Of a stretch of DNA of 64,000 bases, positions 8,637 to 19,545 are shown one piece after another. How positions within the stretch are numbered: position 1 is the stretch's first letter; each line of letters opens with the position of its first letter. The notes under the pieces were generated by a model. It had not been told where the DNA came from. It searched no databases and worked only from the letters and a program-made list of their open reading frames with translations. Made by a program: the position numbers and the translations under genes. Origin of the DNA: Myxococcota bacterium (GTDB lineage: Bacteria > Myxococcota_A > SURF-8); assembly GCA_965140415.1 (NCBI GenBank), contig OZ223209.1, forward strand, positions 5,408,001-5,472,000, written 5' to 3'.

Positions 8637-9305
8637 GTGGAGCTACCAAGGAGCTACCATAAGAAAGCAAGTCAAAGGGGAAAGTTTGCATGGCGATACA
8701 TGCTCGTTCATCATGCTTATATCGCTTTTCCATCCCTTTCTCGTCCGTTCGTAGGGCTATTGACGCCCAAGGGGCCCCATGAAAGTGAACCCCTGTCCTC
8801 GCCCTCAAAGAGGCGGAAAAATATTGATCCACCCAGTCGACGAGGATGCGAGGATTTTTTTGGGGGAAATTTTCGCCATCTGCCCGGCAAGATCGAGATG
8901 ATGCCAGTGGATCGAAGCATTGTGCAACGGGGGCTGGTTTGTGCAAAAGTGAAACGATATGGACTTTCAACTGGGTACATTTTGGGGCCATTTTTGGCGT
9001 AGCTCCAAGCGCCCGTAAGGTTACCCAACGGCACGGTTTTAGCCAAAACATCAAGCCGGAATATACGGCGATTTTTTCCGTGATATAGGTTGGCCGGGCA
9101 GTCGATCCCTGGTCAGTGTTACAGGTGCTGTTGCGTGGAATCCCCGAAATGGTCATTTGGAATTCCTGTCTCTCCTTCCTTGAATAGAAGTCAACTTGGC
9201 GAGGTTCCTTGATAAATTTATTTTTTTTTTGGATGCTAATAAGGAATGGTTACGTTTATACAGGCAACAGCATTCGCCGAATCGAATATACAGCAGGAGA
9301 AAGAC

Positions 9306-12300
9306 ATGAAACAAATTATCACCATTGGAATGCTAGGATTACTGCTGGTCTTTACCACGGGATGCGACGACGGGGGATCTTCAACCGGGAGTGATACGGA
9401 TGGAGACCAGGTCGAAACGGACGGAGATGATGCCGACGGCGACGCGACCGATGGTGACAGGCCTGACGGTGACGTGATCGATGGTGACGATCCGGATGGC
9501 GATGAACCGGATGGTGACGTGGTCGACGGAGATACGGCTGACGGCGACGTGACCGATGGCGATGCAACCGACGGAGACACAGTCGACGGGGACGTAACCG
9601 ACGGCGACATTGCAGATGGTGACTTTACGGACGGAGATATCGTCGATGGGGATTCTGCAGATGGGGATATCACTGATGGTGACGCAAGCGATGGTGATAT
9701 CAGCGACGGCGATATGGTTGACGGCGACCTCGATATGGATGAAGACACTATCGATGGTGACGTGATTGACCATGATCCCGAATCAGAAGAAGAAACCATT
9801 ATCCCGGACACCTGGACGGACGATTCCAGCGGCCTGATCTGGATGGTGATGGATGCCGGAGCGGAATCCTGGAATGATGCCAAAGTTTATTGCGAAGATC
9901 TGGAACTCGAGGGATATCTGGATTGGCGATTACCCGATATTTCCGATTTGCGCAGCCTCGTGCGTGGCTGCCCCGATATCGAGACGGGAGGAAACTGCGG
10001 CGTAACAAGTAGCTGCCAGGACTCTGTTTGCCGAACGTCCGATTGCGCTGGTTGCTCGGAGAATGCTGGCCCGGACGATGGCTGCTATCGCCCGGCTCCT
10101 ATTGAAGGCAGTTGCGGTCAGCATTGGTCGTCGTCGGTGGTTGCAGACTATGCAGGCTCGGCATGGTATCTCGACTTCAGAAACGGATATATGGATTACG
10201 CACCGAGCGCGGTCGATCTCACGGCCTTCCGCTGCGTTCATGATGCACCACTGCCAGATGGTGATCTTGATGACGATACCGACGAGGACATCGTCGATGG
10301 TGATGTTGAAAACGAGTTTGAGGTCGAGGAAGAAACCTCCGATACGATTTCCTGCGCCAACGGCACCTGCATCGACAGCGCTACGGGTCTTGAATGGCAG
10401 GAAGGTGATGGCGGCGTGCATTTCTGGTATAACGCTAAAGACTATTGTGAAGATCTGGTGCTTGATGGTCAAGATGACTGGCGCATGCCTTCTATTTCCG
10501 AGATGAGAAGCATAATAAGAGATTGTGAAGATACTCAAACCGGAGGCTTATGTGGAGTTTCAAATAGTTGCACGAACGTAGATTGCAGGGATGCATCCTG
10601 TGATGGTTGTACTGCCAATGAGGGACCTGATGCTGGCTGCTATTGGGCAGAGCCACTTGGAGGAACGTGCGGTTGGTACTGGTCGTCTACATCAGCAGAT
10701 AGTGGAGTATGGATTGTGAAATTCGCCAACGCTTCTATCATCTCCACTCATATCGTTCAACCTCTTCAAATACGTTGTGTCAGAAATGCCGATATCGTTG
10801 ATGGCGATGTTGATGAAGAATTGGAAATCGAGGAAGAGATTGAAGAGGAAATTGAAGAAGAAATACCTGAGCCATTAGTTTGTGCAAACGGCAGCTGTGT
10901 TGATAGCTCAACCGGTCTGGAATGGCAGGAAACCAACGGACTTGGTGATATGTTCTTCAACACTGAAGATTATTGTGAAGATCTGGTGCTTAATAATCAT
11001 GACGATTGGCGCATGCCTTCTATCTCCGAGATGAGAACCATAATAAGAGGTTGTGGAGATACTCAAACAGAAGGATCTTGCCAAGCGACAAATAGTTGCA
11101 CAACCGCAAATTGTGTGGATGCATCCTGTGATGGTTGTGATGACAATGAAGGACCTGATTCTGGTTGCTATTGGGCGGAGCCACTTTCAGGTATTTGCAC
11201 CTGGTATTGGTCGTCTACATGGACAGACGGTGGAGTTTATGTTGTAAAATTCGGTAGCGCAGGCATCATTGGAACTCATATTGTTCAGCCGCTTTATGTA
11301 CGTTGTGTGAGAAATGCCGATATAGTTGATGGCGATGTTGATGAAGAACTGGAAGTCGAAGAAGAGATTGAAGTAGAAGCTGAAGTAGAAGGTTCAACCG
11401 TTTGTACTCCAGACTACACCATAGATTCATTGCCCTATCAGAACAGTGACGACACAACAGGTGACCTCAATGAGTTTAATCTAGATTATCAAGAAAGCTG
11501 TTTTGACTGGACAGCCTTAGGGGGAGATCATGTCTATTCAATCACATTAAGCACCGGGGATAATATTCAGATTGAATTAACGACTTCAAATGCGAATTTT
11601 GATCCGATGATTGTGATTGCCACAGAATGCTCAGATATGGCCTCCTGTTTGGAAGGAGCAGATTATAACACCGGTGGAGGCTCCGAGGCTTTGTCCTTCA
11701 CAGCTTCTGAAAATGGTGAATACCTGATAGTGGTGGATTCAGGAAATCATAATTCTGGACCTGATGGGGCAGGCCCATACAGCCTAAGTATTACAGGAAC
11801 CATTACCGTGGATGGTGATGTGGATGAAGAACTGGATGAAGAGATCGAAGAAGAGGAAGATGTTGAACCCATAGACTCTCTTCCATGTTCTGATGGTGTT
11901 TGTCTTGATGTTGACTCCGGGTTGGAGTGGCAAGAAACATCTGAGCCGGAATTTGGTGGAATGAGTTTTGATGATGCCAAGACTTATTGCCAGAATCTTG
12001 ATCTGGATGATGGCGGTTGGCATTTGCCAACAATTGATGAGTACCGTACCCTGATTAGAGGTTGCCCGAAAACAGAACCGGGTGGTGAGTGTAGTTTGAC
12101 AGACAGTTGTTCTGCATCTTCTTGTCATGTTACTTCGTGCTATGGCTGTACTTCCGATGTTGGTCCGGATGAGGGTTGTTATCAACCTGATGGCCTTGAA
12201 GGTTCATGTGAAACTTATTGGACATCCACAATTGTGGAAAATAATCATGATTTTGCCTGGCACATCCGAATTAAATCAACCAGATTTGACCGCTCTTTCA

Positions 12301-13634
12301 CTTATAACGCATACAAAGCTCGTTGTGTTAGGGAAGTTTATAACCCCTGCCCGGATACCGCCTGTACCTGGCCAACTGATAAACTTTGCCTAAGTGATGG
12401 GGAGTTGTGCTATTGCAATGTTGAAGGAAAATACGACTACTTCGAGTGCATTGCATGTCATACTTGTGAGACACAGGAACAATCTCCCGGTCAGTTTACA
12501 ACTGCATGTTTTGCAAAAACTGAAGATGATGGCAATTTATGCGAATCGGAATGTAGCAAATGTGAGTCTGGTCAATGCGTTGCACGTAATGACAATGCGG
12601 AATGTGAAGTGGCCATGGAATGTGTTCAGGATTCTACTGAGGAATGTACCGATAAGGTTTGCGAAGGCTCCTGCGACCCTCAAACCAGTATTGATTTTTG
12701 TGATCCCGAAGCATCGGGAACATATAGGATTTGTACTTGCGTGGAAGTAGAGAAAGATGTATATGGATTGGCAAATACCTCTTGTTTTTATATTTGTGAT
12801 AGCCCCTATACTGGCTGTTCTGTAGAAGACGGTGAAGAGATTGCGACTTGTGGGTGCTATTCGCCTGATCCAACCCCAATAGAAGACCTTATGTGGCAGA
12901 CAACGGCCCCAGGCAATACAATGGTTTGGGATACGGCGGTGACATATTGTAATGAATTGGTGCTTGATAATTTTGATGATTGGCGCTTGCCAACAATAGA
13001 CGAGTTACGTAACTTTGTTGAAGGATGCGACACCATCGATTATGGCGGTGATTGCCTTGTCTCGGAGGGTTGCTCCAATTATGATTGTCTGAACACAGGA
13101 TGTTTCGGTGATGTTGCATGCCCTGATGGAAGCGGTCCTGCCAATGATGGATGTTACTGGGGAAGTTCTTATTCTGGTGCTTGTGACTCATATTGGTCGA
13201 GCACCGTTGAAGAAGGCGATAGTGTATGGAGAGTAGACTTCGAATACTCAAATGTTACTACCTTTGTAAAGACTATGGAGCAGCATGTTCGCTGCGTCCG
13301 TACTGACGATGGCAGTTGTGGTTTAGTTCCATGTGCACCATGTATAAACCCTCCAACTGATCCAGAAAACGGCAATTACGGTGCTGATTGCTTCGACATC
13401 CCCCATGGGTCTACCTGTGAACTGCTGTGCGATGACTATTCTGAAACAACAGGAGACGGATTCGCTGTCTGCAACGATGGAAGCTGGGAAAGCCTGGATG
13501 AGTGCATCCCGTTAGGCGCCTGCTGCGATGACATGTATTCCTGCATTTCAGAGTGGACGACGGAATCCTGGTGCAGCGGTCCAGGCGAGCAGTGGTTCGG
13601 CGGCCAGAGCTGCGACAGTATGGGATGCTTTTGA
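9306..13634 (+). CDS. Large Cys-rich lipoprotein: xxDGD repeats, five DUF1566 (Lcl C-terminal-like) domains, PPC-like domain
   Basis: SD AGGAG, then MKQII..LVFTTGC lipoprotein signal. Five copies of (G)LxW..YCxxLxL..W(R/H)(L/M)P..WSS/WTS..RCV. Confidence 0.85.
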   Translation: MKQIITIGMLGLLLVFTTGCDDGGSSTGSDTDGDQVETDGDDADGDATDGDRPDGDVIDGDDPDGDEPDGDVVDGDTADGDVTDGDATDGDTVDGDVTDGDIADGDFTDGDIVDGDSADGDITDGDASDGDISDGDMVDGDLDMDEDTIDGDVIDHDPESEEETIIPDTWTDDSSGLIWMVMDAGAESWNDAKVYCEDLELEGYLDWRLPDISDLRSLVRGCPDIETGGNCGVTSSCQDSVCRTSDCAGCSENAGPDDGCYRPAPIEGSCGQHWSSSVVADYAGSAWYLDFRNGYMDYAPSAVDLTAFRCVHDAPLPDGDLDDDTDEDIVDGDVENEFEVEEETSDTISCANGTCIDSATGLEWQEGDGGVHFWYNAKDYCEDLVLDGQDDWRMPSISEMRSIIRDCEDTQTGGLCGVSNSCTNVDCRDASCDGCTANEGPDAGCYWAEPLGGTCGWYWSSTSADSGVWIVKFANASIISTHIVQPLQIRCVRNADIVDGDVDEELEIEEEIEEEIEEEIPEPLVCANGSCVDSSTGLEWQETNGLGDMFFNTEDYCEDLVLNNHDDWRMPSISEMRTIIRGCGDTQTEGSCQATNSCTTANCVDASCDGCDDNEGPDSGCYWAEPLSGICTWYWSSTWTDGGVYVVKFGSAGIIGTHIVQPLYVRCVRNADIVDGDVDEELEVEEEIEVEAEVEGSTVCTPDYTIDSLPYQNSDDTTGDLNEFNLDYQESCFDWTALGGDHVYSITLSTGDNIQIELTTSNANFDPMIVIATECSDMASCLEGADYNTGGGSEALSFTASENGEYLIVVDSGNHNSGPDGAGPYSLSITGTITVDGDVDEELDEEIEEEEDVEPIDSLPCSDGVCLDVDSGLEWQETSEPEFGGMSFDDAKTYCQNLDLDDGGWHLPTIDEYRTLIRGCPKTEPGGECSLTDSCSASSCHVTSCYGCTSDVGPDEGCYQPDGLEGSCETYWTSTIVENNHDFAWHIRIKSTRFDRSFTYNAYKARCVREVYNPCPDTACTWPTDKLCLSDGELCYCNVEGKYDYFECIACHTCETQEQSPGQFTTACFAKTEDDGNLCESECSKCESGQCVARNDNAECEVAMECVQDSTEECTDKVCEGSCDPQTSIDFCDPEASGTYRICTCVEVEKDVYGLANTSCFYICDSPYTGCSVEDGEEIATCGCYSPDPTPIEDLMWQTTAPGNTMVWDTAVTYCNELVLDNFDDWRLPTIDELRNFVEGCDTIDYGGDCLVSEGCSNYDCLNTGCFGDVACPDGSGPANDGCYWGSSYSGACDSYWSSTVEEGDSVWRVDFEYSNVTTFVKTMEQHVRCVRTDDGSCGLVPCAPCINPPTDPENGNYGADCFDIPHGSTCELLCDDYSETTGDGFAVCNDGSWESLDECIPLGACCDDMYSCISEWTTESWCSGPGEQWFGGQSCDSMGCF
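9393..9761 (+). repeat. Intragenic 15-nt-period repeat encoding about 20 tandem xxDGD pentapeptides
   Basis: DADGD ATDGD RPDGD VIDGD ... MVDGD in the translation. Confidence 0.9.
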
Positions 13635-13745
13635 GGCACTACAGGACGGCAGGATCATGAAAGCCATCACGCATATGCGCTTTTTCAATGGCTGAGGGCC
13701 CCTTGGTATGGCCGTATAAAGTTTCAGGTGATGTTGATCCCGGTT

Positions 13746-14050
13746 CTACCTCTGGCGTTTGCCCCGCAGCACGAACTGGTCGCCTCGGCGTTTCATGTCA
13801 AACAACTCGGTGGCTTCGATCAGGTCGAGTAGTTTGCGGTAACCATAGTTGCGAGGATCAAAGGATGCCTGGTTGCCGATCTGCTGGCCTACTGAACCTA
13901 GCGGCGACCAGCCATCCTCACTGGCAGCCGATTCCACAGTATTTCGAAGCAATGACACCAGACGTGCGTCATGCCTCAGAGTTGCCGTGTCCTGGCGAAT
14001 CGTTGTGAGATCCGATTGGTCAGCAGTAAAGACAAGAACTTCCTGAATCC
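13746..14050 (-). pseudogene. C-terminal OST-HTH/LOTUS fragment of an NYN-domain protein
   Basis: LRHDARLVSLLRNTV..EDGWSPLGSVGQQIGNQASFDPRNYGYRKLLDLIEATELF; no NYN domain upstream; the 5' boundary is approximate. Confidence 0.7.
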
Positions 14051-14235
14051 AGCCTGCGACAGGCCAAATACTGATAATATTTCAATGCTTTACGACATAA
14101 GAAAGATGTGGGCAACCGTCTAACTTGGTTGTCCATTTTTTTGTGAAGGCAAATTCACCCCTACCGCACCCGGCGGCGGCGCAAAGCCAAGGCCGGGATG
14201 GCCTTCGTGCGTCGAGACACACACGGAGGCCAACG

Positions 14236-14931
14236 ATGGAAGTGTGTTCCCAAAACCAGCAGTCCTGTCAACCCGTTCCCATGTCCCATGAAGCGATCAA
14301 CGCATCCTTCAGCGAAATGGTCGAAGACAAAATCTTCGATCCGGTCAAGCGGCACCTAGGTGACGCCTTCGACGCCGAGGATCGTTTTCAGGAAGGCATG
14401 TGCATGATCTACGACGATTACCGCCGCGCCGCCGAGCGTGGCAAGCCGACCGACCGCGCCGCGCTGGTTTACGGCTTGAAACTGAAAAGCTTCGACGTCA
14501 CCCACCGCTTCACCCGAACCGGACACGGTCGCCGCAGAGACGTGCTAGGCTCACCGGCCTGCGTCTTGGACGGCATCAAGGTTCTGCGCTTCGACGGACT
14601 TGCAGATGAAGAAGACGGTCCCTACGACGATCTGGGCGTGAGCCATGATAATCCCATGAGCTTCGTCACCGAAGTCAGCCTGCGCCAGACGGCGGATGTT
14701 GAAAATCGGCTCAATTCCGCCATCGATTTGGAGGAGTGGCTGGCAGATCTGGACTCGACCGACCGTGACATCCTGCAAGGCCGAATGGAAGGCAGAGCCG
14801 GAACGGAGATCGCCGAATGGGTCGGTATGTCAATGTCGAACTGTTACCGTCGCTTGAAGGAACTCGGTCGCCAACTAGCCGTAGACACTGGAATGACGTG
14901 CTACCTCGAACCCCAGCCGGGAGCCGCATAG
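14236..14931 (+). CDS. Sigma-factor-like / sigma-70 region 4 HTH protein
   Basis: SD GGAGG before ATG 14236; AEDRFQEG (region 2-like); C-terminal LDSTDRDILQGRMEG..EIAEWVGMSMSNCYRRL. Confidence 0.6.
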   Translation: MEVCSQNQQSCQPVPMSHEAINASFSEMVEDKIFDPVKRHLGDAFDAEDRFQEGMCMIYDDYRRAAERGKPTDRAALVYGLKLKSFDVTHRFTRTGHGRRRDVLGSPACVLDGIKVLRFDGLADEEDGPYDDLGVSHDNPMSFVTEVSLRQTADVENRLNSAIDLEEWLADLDSTDRDILQGRMEGRAGTEIAEWVGMSMSNCYRRLKELGRQLAVDTGMTCYLEPQPGAA

Positions 14932-15547
14932 AATGACCAAAACCTTCGCTGATATAGTGATAATAGCCATCATCAAAAGCTTAAAAGAATGGCTTTGCAA
15001 GTGCCGAAAGTGATATTCCCCACCATGCCGCCCCGCCTCATCGCCCGCCATACCATCCCCAGTCGCACCCTTGCGGCGGAGAAAGGCCCGATTGGTCTTT
15101 CTTTTAACTCGGAGGTATGAAGAAAACGATCCGAATCAGACCATTCATTCTTCTTTATGTCAGATCCGGATCCGAAATTTCCACTTCGTATACGCCGAGG
15201 GCTATAACTTTTTCAAATGGGGCCCCAAAGCAGGAGACAGTCTTTGCTCTCTAACAGGTCAATTTTTTCGCCCGGCACCGACAATTCCAACTGGCGTAGC
15301 GTCGCAGCTGAAATTTTTTTTGGTGGATTTTTTCGGGCTGTACGTAATAATTCGGATCAGGACAACGGCAAGCCTCCCTTTTCCGTGTAGTAGATCGCCA
15401 TGTCCCCCCGGAATGCCGCCAATTACGACGGGCGGCTTGGTGGACAATCGATTTTTTACTGGTTTGCATTTGAGTAATCGAGAGTGCTATGATAGTCTTC
15501 GAAAAATCGAAACAGATCCCGGCAAAGTCCTTTTCGGAGGGAATAGT

Positions 15548-17239
15548 ATGAAATCTCTTAACGTGATGATATTCGGGTTAATATTGATAGTTTTCATCGT
15601 TGGTTGTAACTCTAGCGAAGTCGATAGTTCTGTGGACGGCGATCGTGAAGAAGATCAAGATGCGAAACCTGAGGATGGCGATATTGACTCCACTCCAACA
15701 GATGGCGATTCATCCGAACTCGATAAAATCGATGCACAAACAGAGCTAGATGGCGACTCAAACGTTGATGGTGATACCGACTTAGAAAAAGAGGTTGAGA
15801 TTGTGGATGGAGATTCAATGCCTGATGGGGACATTGAAATTGATGATGACGATGATGGCATCGAAAATGACAATTGCCAACCTGATTGTTCAAATCATGT
15901 TTGTGGATACGATCCAAACTGTGGAGCTTTGTGCGGAGTTTGTCCAGAACACAAGTATTGTGAAGAAGGAGAATGTGTTTCCCAAGATGTCATTTGCGGG
16001 GACATGAGTGGCCTGGATGCAGAAAACTCTTGGCCAATGATGGGATATTGTCCGACCAGAGCCTATCGGGCTCCGTTTTCATTTCCGATGAATCCGACAG
16101 AGGTGTTGAATGTTGAAATAGATAAAGAATCAGGTGATTCCAGTTTAATTTCGAGTAGTATTGATAACATAATTATTGCCTCAGAAGCTTTTGAAAAGTT
16201 TGGCAGAATTGCTTCATACGATATCGATGGAAGCAGCAATTGGGTATTTAACCTATACGATCAATACCCTCTTGACGATAGTTATCGTTCAATAATGATC
16301 CCACGTTCTCTCTCTGTAAGGTCTGATGGAATCATAATTGCTGGTGCTTATATTGGCGCGTCATACTCAGGAGAAGAAGACAAGATTTTTGGAATTTCAG
16401 AAGGCAATTGGATAGCTGAAGCTATTACAAGTGACCTTCCAACTTCATCTACTATTTTGCCGAACAAAACGATTTTGCTTGGAAGTGGAGGATATACCTA
16501 TTGGGGGGGAGATTTAATGTTTGTTTCTTCTGACTGGGCAGACAGCTATCATTTAGATTATGAAGATTTTGGACTAGAATCATCTGGTCAAGTCGGTCCA
16601 ATATCGGTCGGACGTTCCGGGAGCATGTATTCCGTAATAGATGATAAATTATTTTCAATTAGCACTAATGAGCTTTCTATTGAGTGGATGATGGACGATT
16701 ACCGTATAGATAATTTTCCCGTTGTAGGCAAAGATGGAACAATTTATGTAGTTGGTAAGTTTCAAGAGGCTGGCTACGGAAGTTGGAAAAATTATGCGGC
16801 TTTCGATCCAGATGGAAATGTTAAATGGTTTTTTGATGTAAACACTGAAGGGAAAGTGTTATATGAAACTTTTACTCTTGGACCCAATGGTACAGTTTAT
16901 GTTTCTGGGATGGACACTATTGACTCCGTCCTCTATAAAGTGATTTATTCTCTGGATTTAAGTGGTAACGTGCAATGGGAATATCGTGTGTTGGGAGAAA
17001 CTTTTGACTCTGCTCGCCATATTGCCGACTCCAACGGAAATGTTCTAATCCCTGAACAAACAGATGATGGATTACAAGCACTTGTTTGTATTAGCGCCAC
17101 TGGAAAACTTCTATGGCGCTATTACGACCTTCCCAATGGAGAAATTCAGAACCAAGATTCGATGATTTTACTACCTGGTAACCGGATCGCTCTTATTGTG
17201 GGTGAGCGATTGGTTGTTATCGGTGAAAATAGCAAATAA
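15548..17239 (+). CDS. Lipoprotein with DGD linker, Cys-rich module and PQQ-like beta-propeller
   Basis: SD GGAGG; MKSLN..FIVGC signal; WPMMG and repeated GKDGTIYV / DGNVKW / GNVQWEY / TGKLLW. The upstream extension in the ORF track is not credible. Confidence 0.8.
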   Translation: MKSLNVMIFGLILIVFIVGCNSSEVDSSVDGDREEDQDAKPEDGDIDSTPTDGDSSELDKIDAQTELDGDSNVDGDTDLEKEVEIVDGDSMPDGDIEIDDDDDGIENDNCQPDCSNHVCGYDPNCGALCGVCPEHKYCEEGECVSQDVICGDMSGLDAENSWPMMGYCPTRAYRAPFSFPMNPTEVLNVEIDKESGDSSLISSSIDNIIIASEAFEKFGRIASYDIDGSSNWVFNLYDQYPLDDSYRSIMIPRSLSVRSDGIIIAGAYIGASYSGEEDKIFGISEGNWIAEAITSDLPTSSTILPNKTILLGSGGYTYWGGDLMFVSSDWADSYHLDYEDFGLESSGQVGPISVGRSGSMYSVIDDKLFSISTNELSIEWMMDDYRIDNFPVVGKDGTIYVVGKFQEAGYGSWKNYAAFDPDGNVKWFFDVNTEGKVLYETFTLGPNGTVYVSGMDTIDSVLYKVIYSLDLSGNVQWEYRVLGETFDSARHIADSNGNVLIPEQTDDGLQALVCISATGKLLWRYYDLPNGEIQNQDSMILLPGNRIALIVGERLVVIGENSK

Positions 17240-17305
17240 GTTCAGTAAGAGGATATAGCCTTTGGCAAATGTGGAGGAATCATGAACCGTCCCAAGACTT
17301 TTCTA

Positions 17306-18223
17306 GAAGCCATCTCAAAAATAGCATAATCCCAAACATCTGATATTTCAGAACTATTCGTCTCCCAGTGTAGTCTGAGTGAAATTTTGCCCCACTATGA
17401 TATACTGTATATAATATACTTAATATCTACAGGTGCTTTCGATGGAACTGACCAACGAACAATGGAGCCTGATCGAGCCGCTGCTGCCGCCTCACAAAAG
17501 CCAACCCGGAAAACGCGGGAGACCCGCACAGGATGACCGCGCCATCATGAACGGCATCCTTTGGGTTCTGAGAACCGGCGCTCCCTGGAAGGATCTTCCA
17601 CGCAGATATCCGCCTTATCAGACAGTGCATCGACGCTTTCAAAATTGGAACGAGGCCGGTATCATGCAGAGGATTCTTCAGGAACTTGCGCGTGACCTTG
17701 AGCAACGCGGCGGAATCGACCTCTCCGAGTGCTTCATCGACGGGAGTTTTTCTTCCGCTAAAAAGGGGGGCTCAAAGTCGGGAAAACCAAGCGGGGAAAG
17801 GGCTGTAAGATCATGGCGATCGTTGACAGCGCTGGTCTTCCTGTCGCCGTATGCACAACAAGCGCTTCGCCGCACGAAGTGACCTTAGTGGAAGAAACGC
17901 TGGATGCTGTTGTAACCGAAGGCTCGCCGGAGAGGTTGATCGGAGACAAGGCGTATGACAGCGATCCACTGGATGAGAGACTTCTTGAGGAACGTGGCAT
18001 TGAAATGATTGCGCCGCACAAGGGCAACCGGAAGAAAGATAAAACCCAGGATGGTCGGGCGCTACGCCGCTATGTACGCCGTTGGAAGGTGGAAAGACTG
18101 TTTGCCTGGCTGCACAACTTCCGCAGGCTCGTGGTTCGATGGGAGTATAACGAAATCAATTATGAAGGATTTCTGCTGTTAGGATGCGCTATTATACTGC
18201 TCAGGCATTTTTGAGATGGCTTC
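17306..18223 (+). mobile_element. IS5-family element (two-ORF, frameshifted type)
   Basis: Perfect 17-bp terminal inverted repeats GAAGCCATCTCAAAAAT / ATTTTTGAGATGGCTTC, with TA duplicated on both sides. Confidence 0.95.
17442..18214 (+). CDS. IS5 transposase, joined by a -1 frameshift
   Basis: ORF A ([21 protein letters not shown]) and ORF B ([18 protein letters not shown]) joined at AAAAAGGGGGG (17760-17770). Confidence 0.9.
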
Positions 18224-18779
18224 TACTCATTTTCTCTATTGTGATCACATTCCTATGCTTGAGTTGTGACTCGGGTGGAAGCGACGATTCTACAGATGGG
18301 GATCAATTGGCGAGCGATGGCGATTTTTCGAACATAGATGGTGACACCTCTGGCCAACAATGTCCCAACGGTTTCGTTTGGGATGATTCAGAGGAGATGT
18401 GTGTGCCAGGCACGGTTGACGGAGATGAACCACAATGTCCAGACGGCATGGTCTACGACGAAGAAAGGGACATGTGCAAACCAGGGGAGGTGGTTGATGG
18501 TGATGAGCATCAATGCCCCAGCGGCATGGTGTATGATGAAGAAAGCGGTATGTGCAAGCCAGAGTCATCAACCGATGGGGATAGCACAGTGGATGGTGAC
18601 CAATCAGTTGATGGAGACAATACTTCCTGTCAGATAACCGATTCTTGCGATGTAAAACACTGCCGAAACAATGATTCTTGGTGTTACGACAACTGCGGTG
18701 ATCCTGACCATTTAGCAGAAGATTGTGGAAACCGGGGTTGTGAAGATGGCAAATGCCAAATTGTTTGGAATGATGCCAG

Positions 18780-19183
18780 TGACCTGACCCCCTAACGAGA
18801 ATCCAGTAATGATGTTAGACTTCAGCTGGAATTCCAAGATAGGAGGCAAGGTTATGGCGAAGCGAACGAGTATCGAGAATATCATCCGGCAGTTGCGCAA
18901 AGCGGAAGTACTGCAATCCCAAGGTCAAACAGTGGCGCAATCGGTCAAGGCCATTGGCGTATCGGAGCAAACTTACTACCGTTGGCGCAAGGAGTATGGC
19001 CGATTGAATCTCGACCAGGCCAAACGCCTTCGAGAACTTGAGGACGAGAATGCCCGTCTGAAAAAGCTGGTGGCGGATCTGTCCCTGGACAAGGCGATCC
19101 TGAAGGAAGTCGCCGAGGGAAAGTTTTAAGCCCGGCCAAACGGAAAGCAGCGGTCATGCACGTGATGGCCAGCCAGCACGTTT
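18780..19183 (+). mobile_element. IS3-family remnant (left end, OrfA 18854-19129, truncated OrfB)
   Basis: Left end TGACCTGACCCCC; OrfA GVSEQTYYRWRKEYG..ENARLKKLVADLSLDKAILKE; GGGAAAG shift site; no integrase core follows. The right limit is approximate. Confidence 0.85.
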
Positions 19184-19545
19184 CGGCTTTCTGCGCTGGG
19201 GCTTCAGGCACGGTATTGCCGCCATCCTGGTCGCGGGCGGAATTGAAACCAGCCGGGAGATCTGCGTTTGCCATTTGCTAAAGCAAGAGTTGGACCAAAC
19301 CAAGTCACGCCGAAATGTTGACCACTTCCCCTACTTCATTGATATTCATTGCAATCTAGCTTGTGATTTTCTATTATCGCCCTGTCACCTATCTTGGTGC
19401 CAGGAAACAGGTGAAATCCGCGAGCAGGCGAAAGTCTTCCATATCCAAAAGTGTATCAGGCGTGGTTGGAGGCGACGTTGTGTTGGTTGTAAGCCGAAAC
19501 CGATAAGGCTGTTTTATCACAAGCGCAGGGAAACCAGAGAAATTG

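Larger units (their letters stand above)
17282..18779 (+). pseudogene. DGD/Cys-rich lipoprotein gene split by IS5 and truncated by IS3
   Basis: Removing the IS5 and one TA restores MNRPKTFLLIFSIVITFLCLSCDSGG in frame. The frame is cut at IVWNDAS by the IS3 left end. Confidence 0.85.

Noticed and set aside
8620-9245. Overlapping ORFs on both strands downstream of the att site
   Set aside because: No SD, no motif, mutually overlapping frames; treated as non-coding or decayed.
10350-11370. Diversity-generating retroelement (DUF1566 targets with a near-duplicate repeat)
   Set aside because: Differences between the two copies are not adenine-specific and are often synonymous, both copies are in frame, and no reverse transcriptase is present in the window.
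14148-14205. c-di-GMP-I riboswitch (GGCAAA..GCGCAAAGCC)
   Set aside because: There is no GAAA-capped P2 stem or convincing P1/P3 pairing; an Rfam covariance search would settle it.
15071-15547. 159-aa N-terminal extension of the propeller lipoprotein
   Set aside because: The SD and signal peptide begin at 15548.
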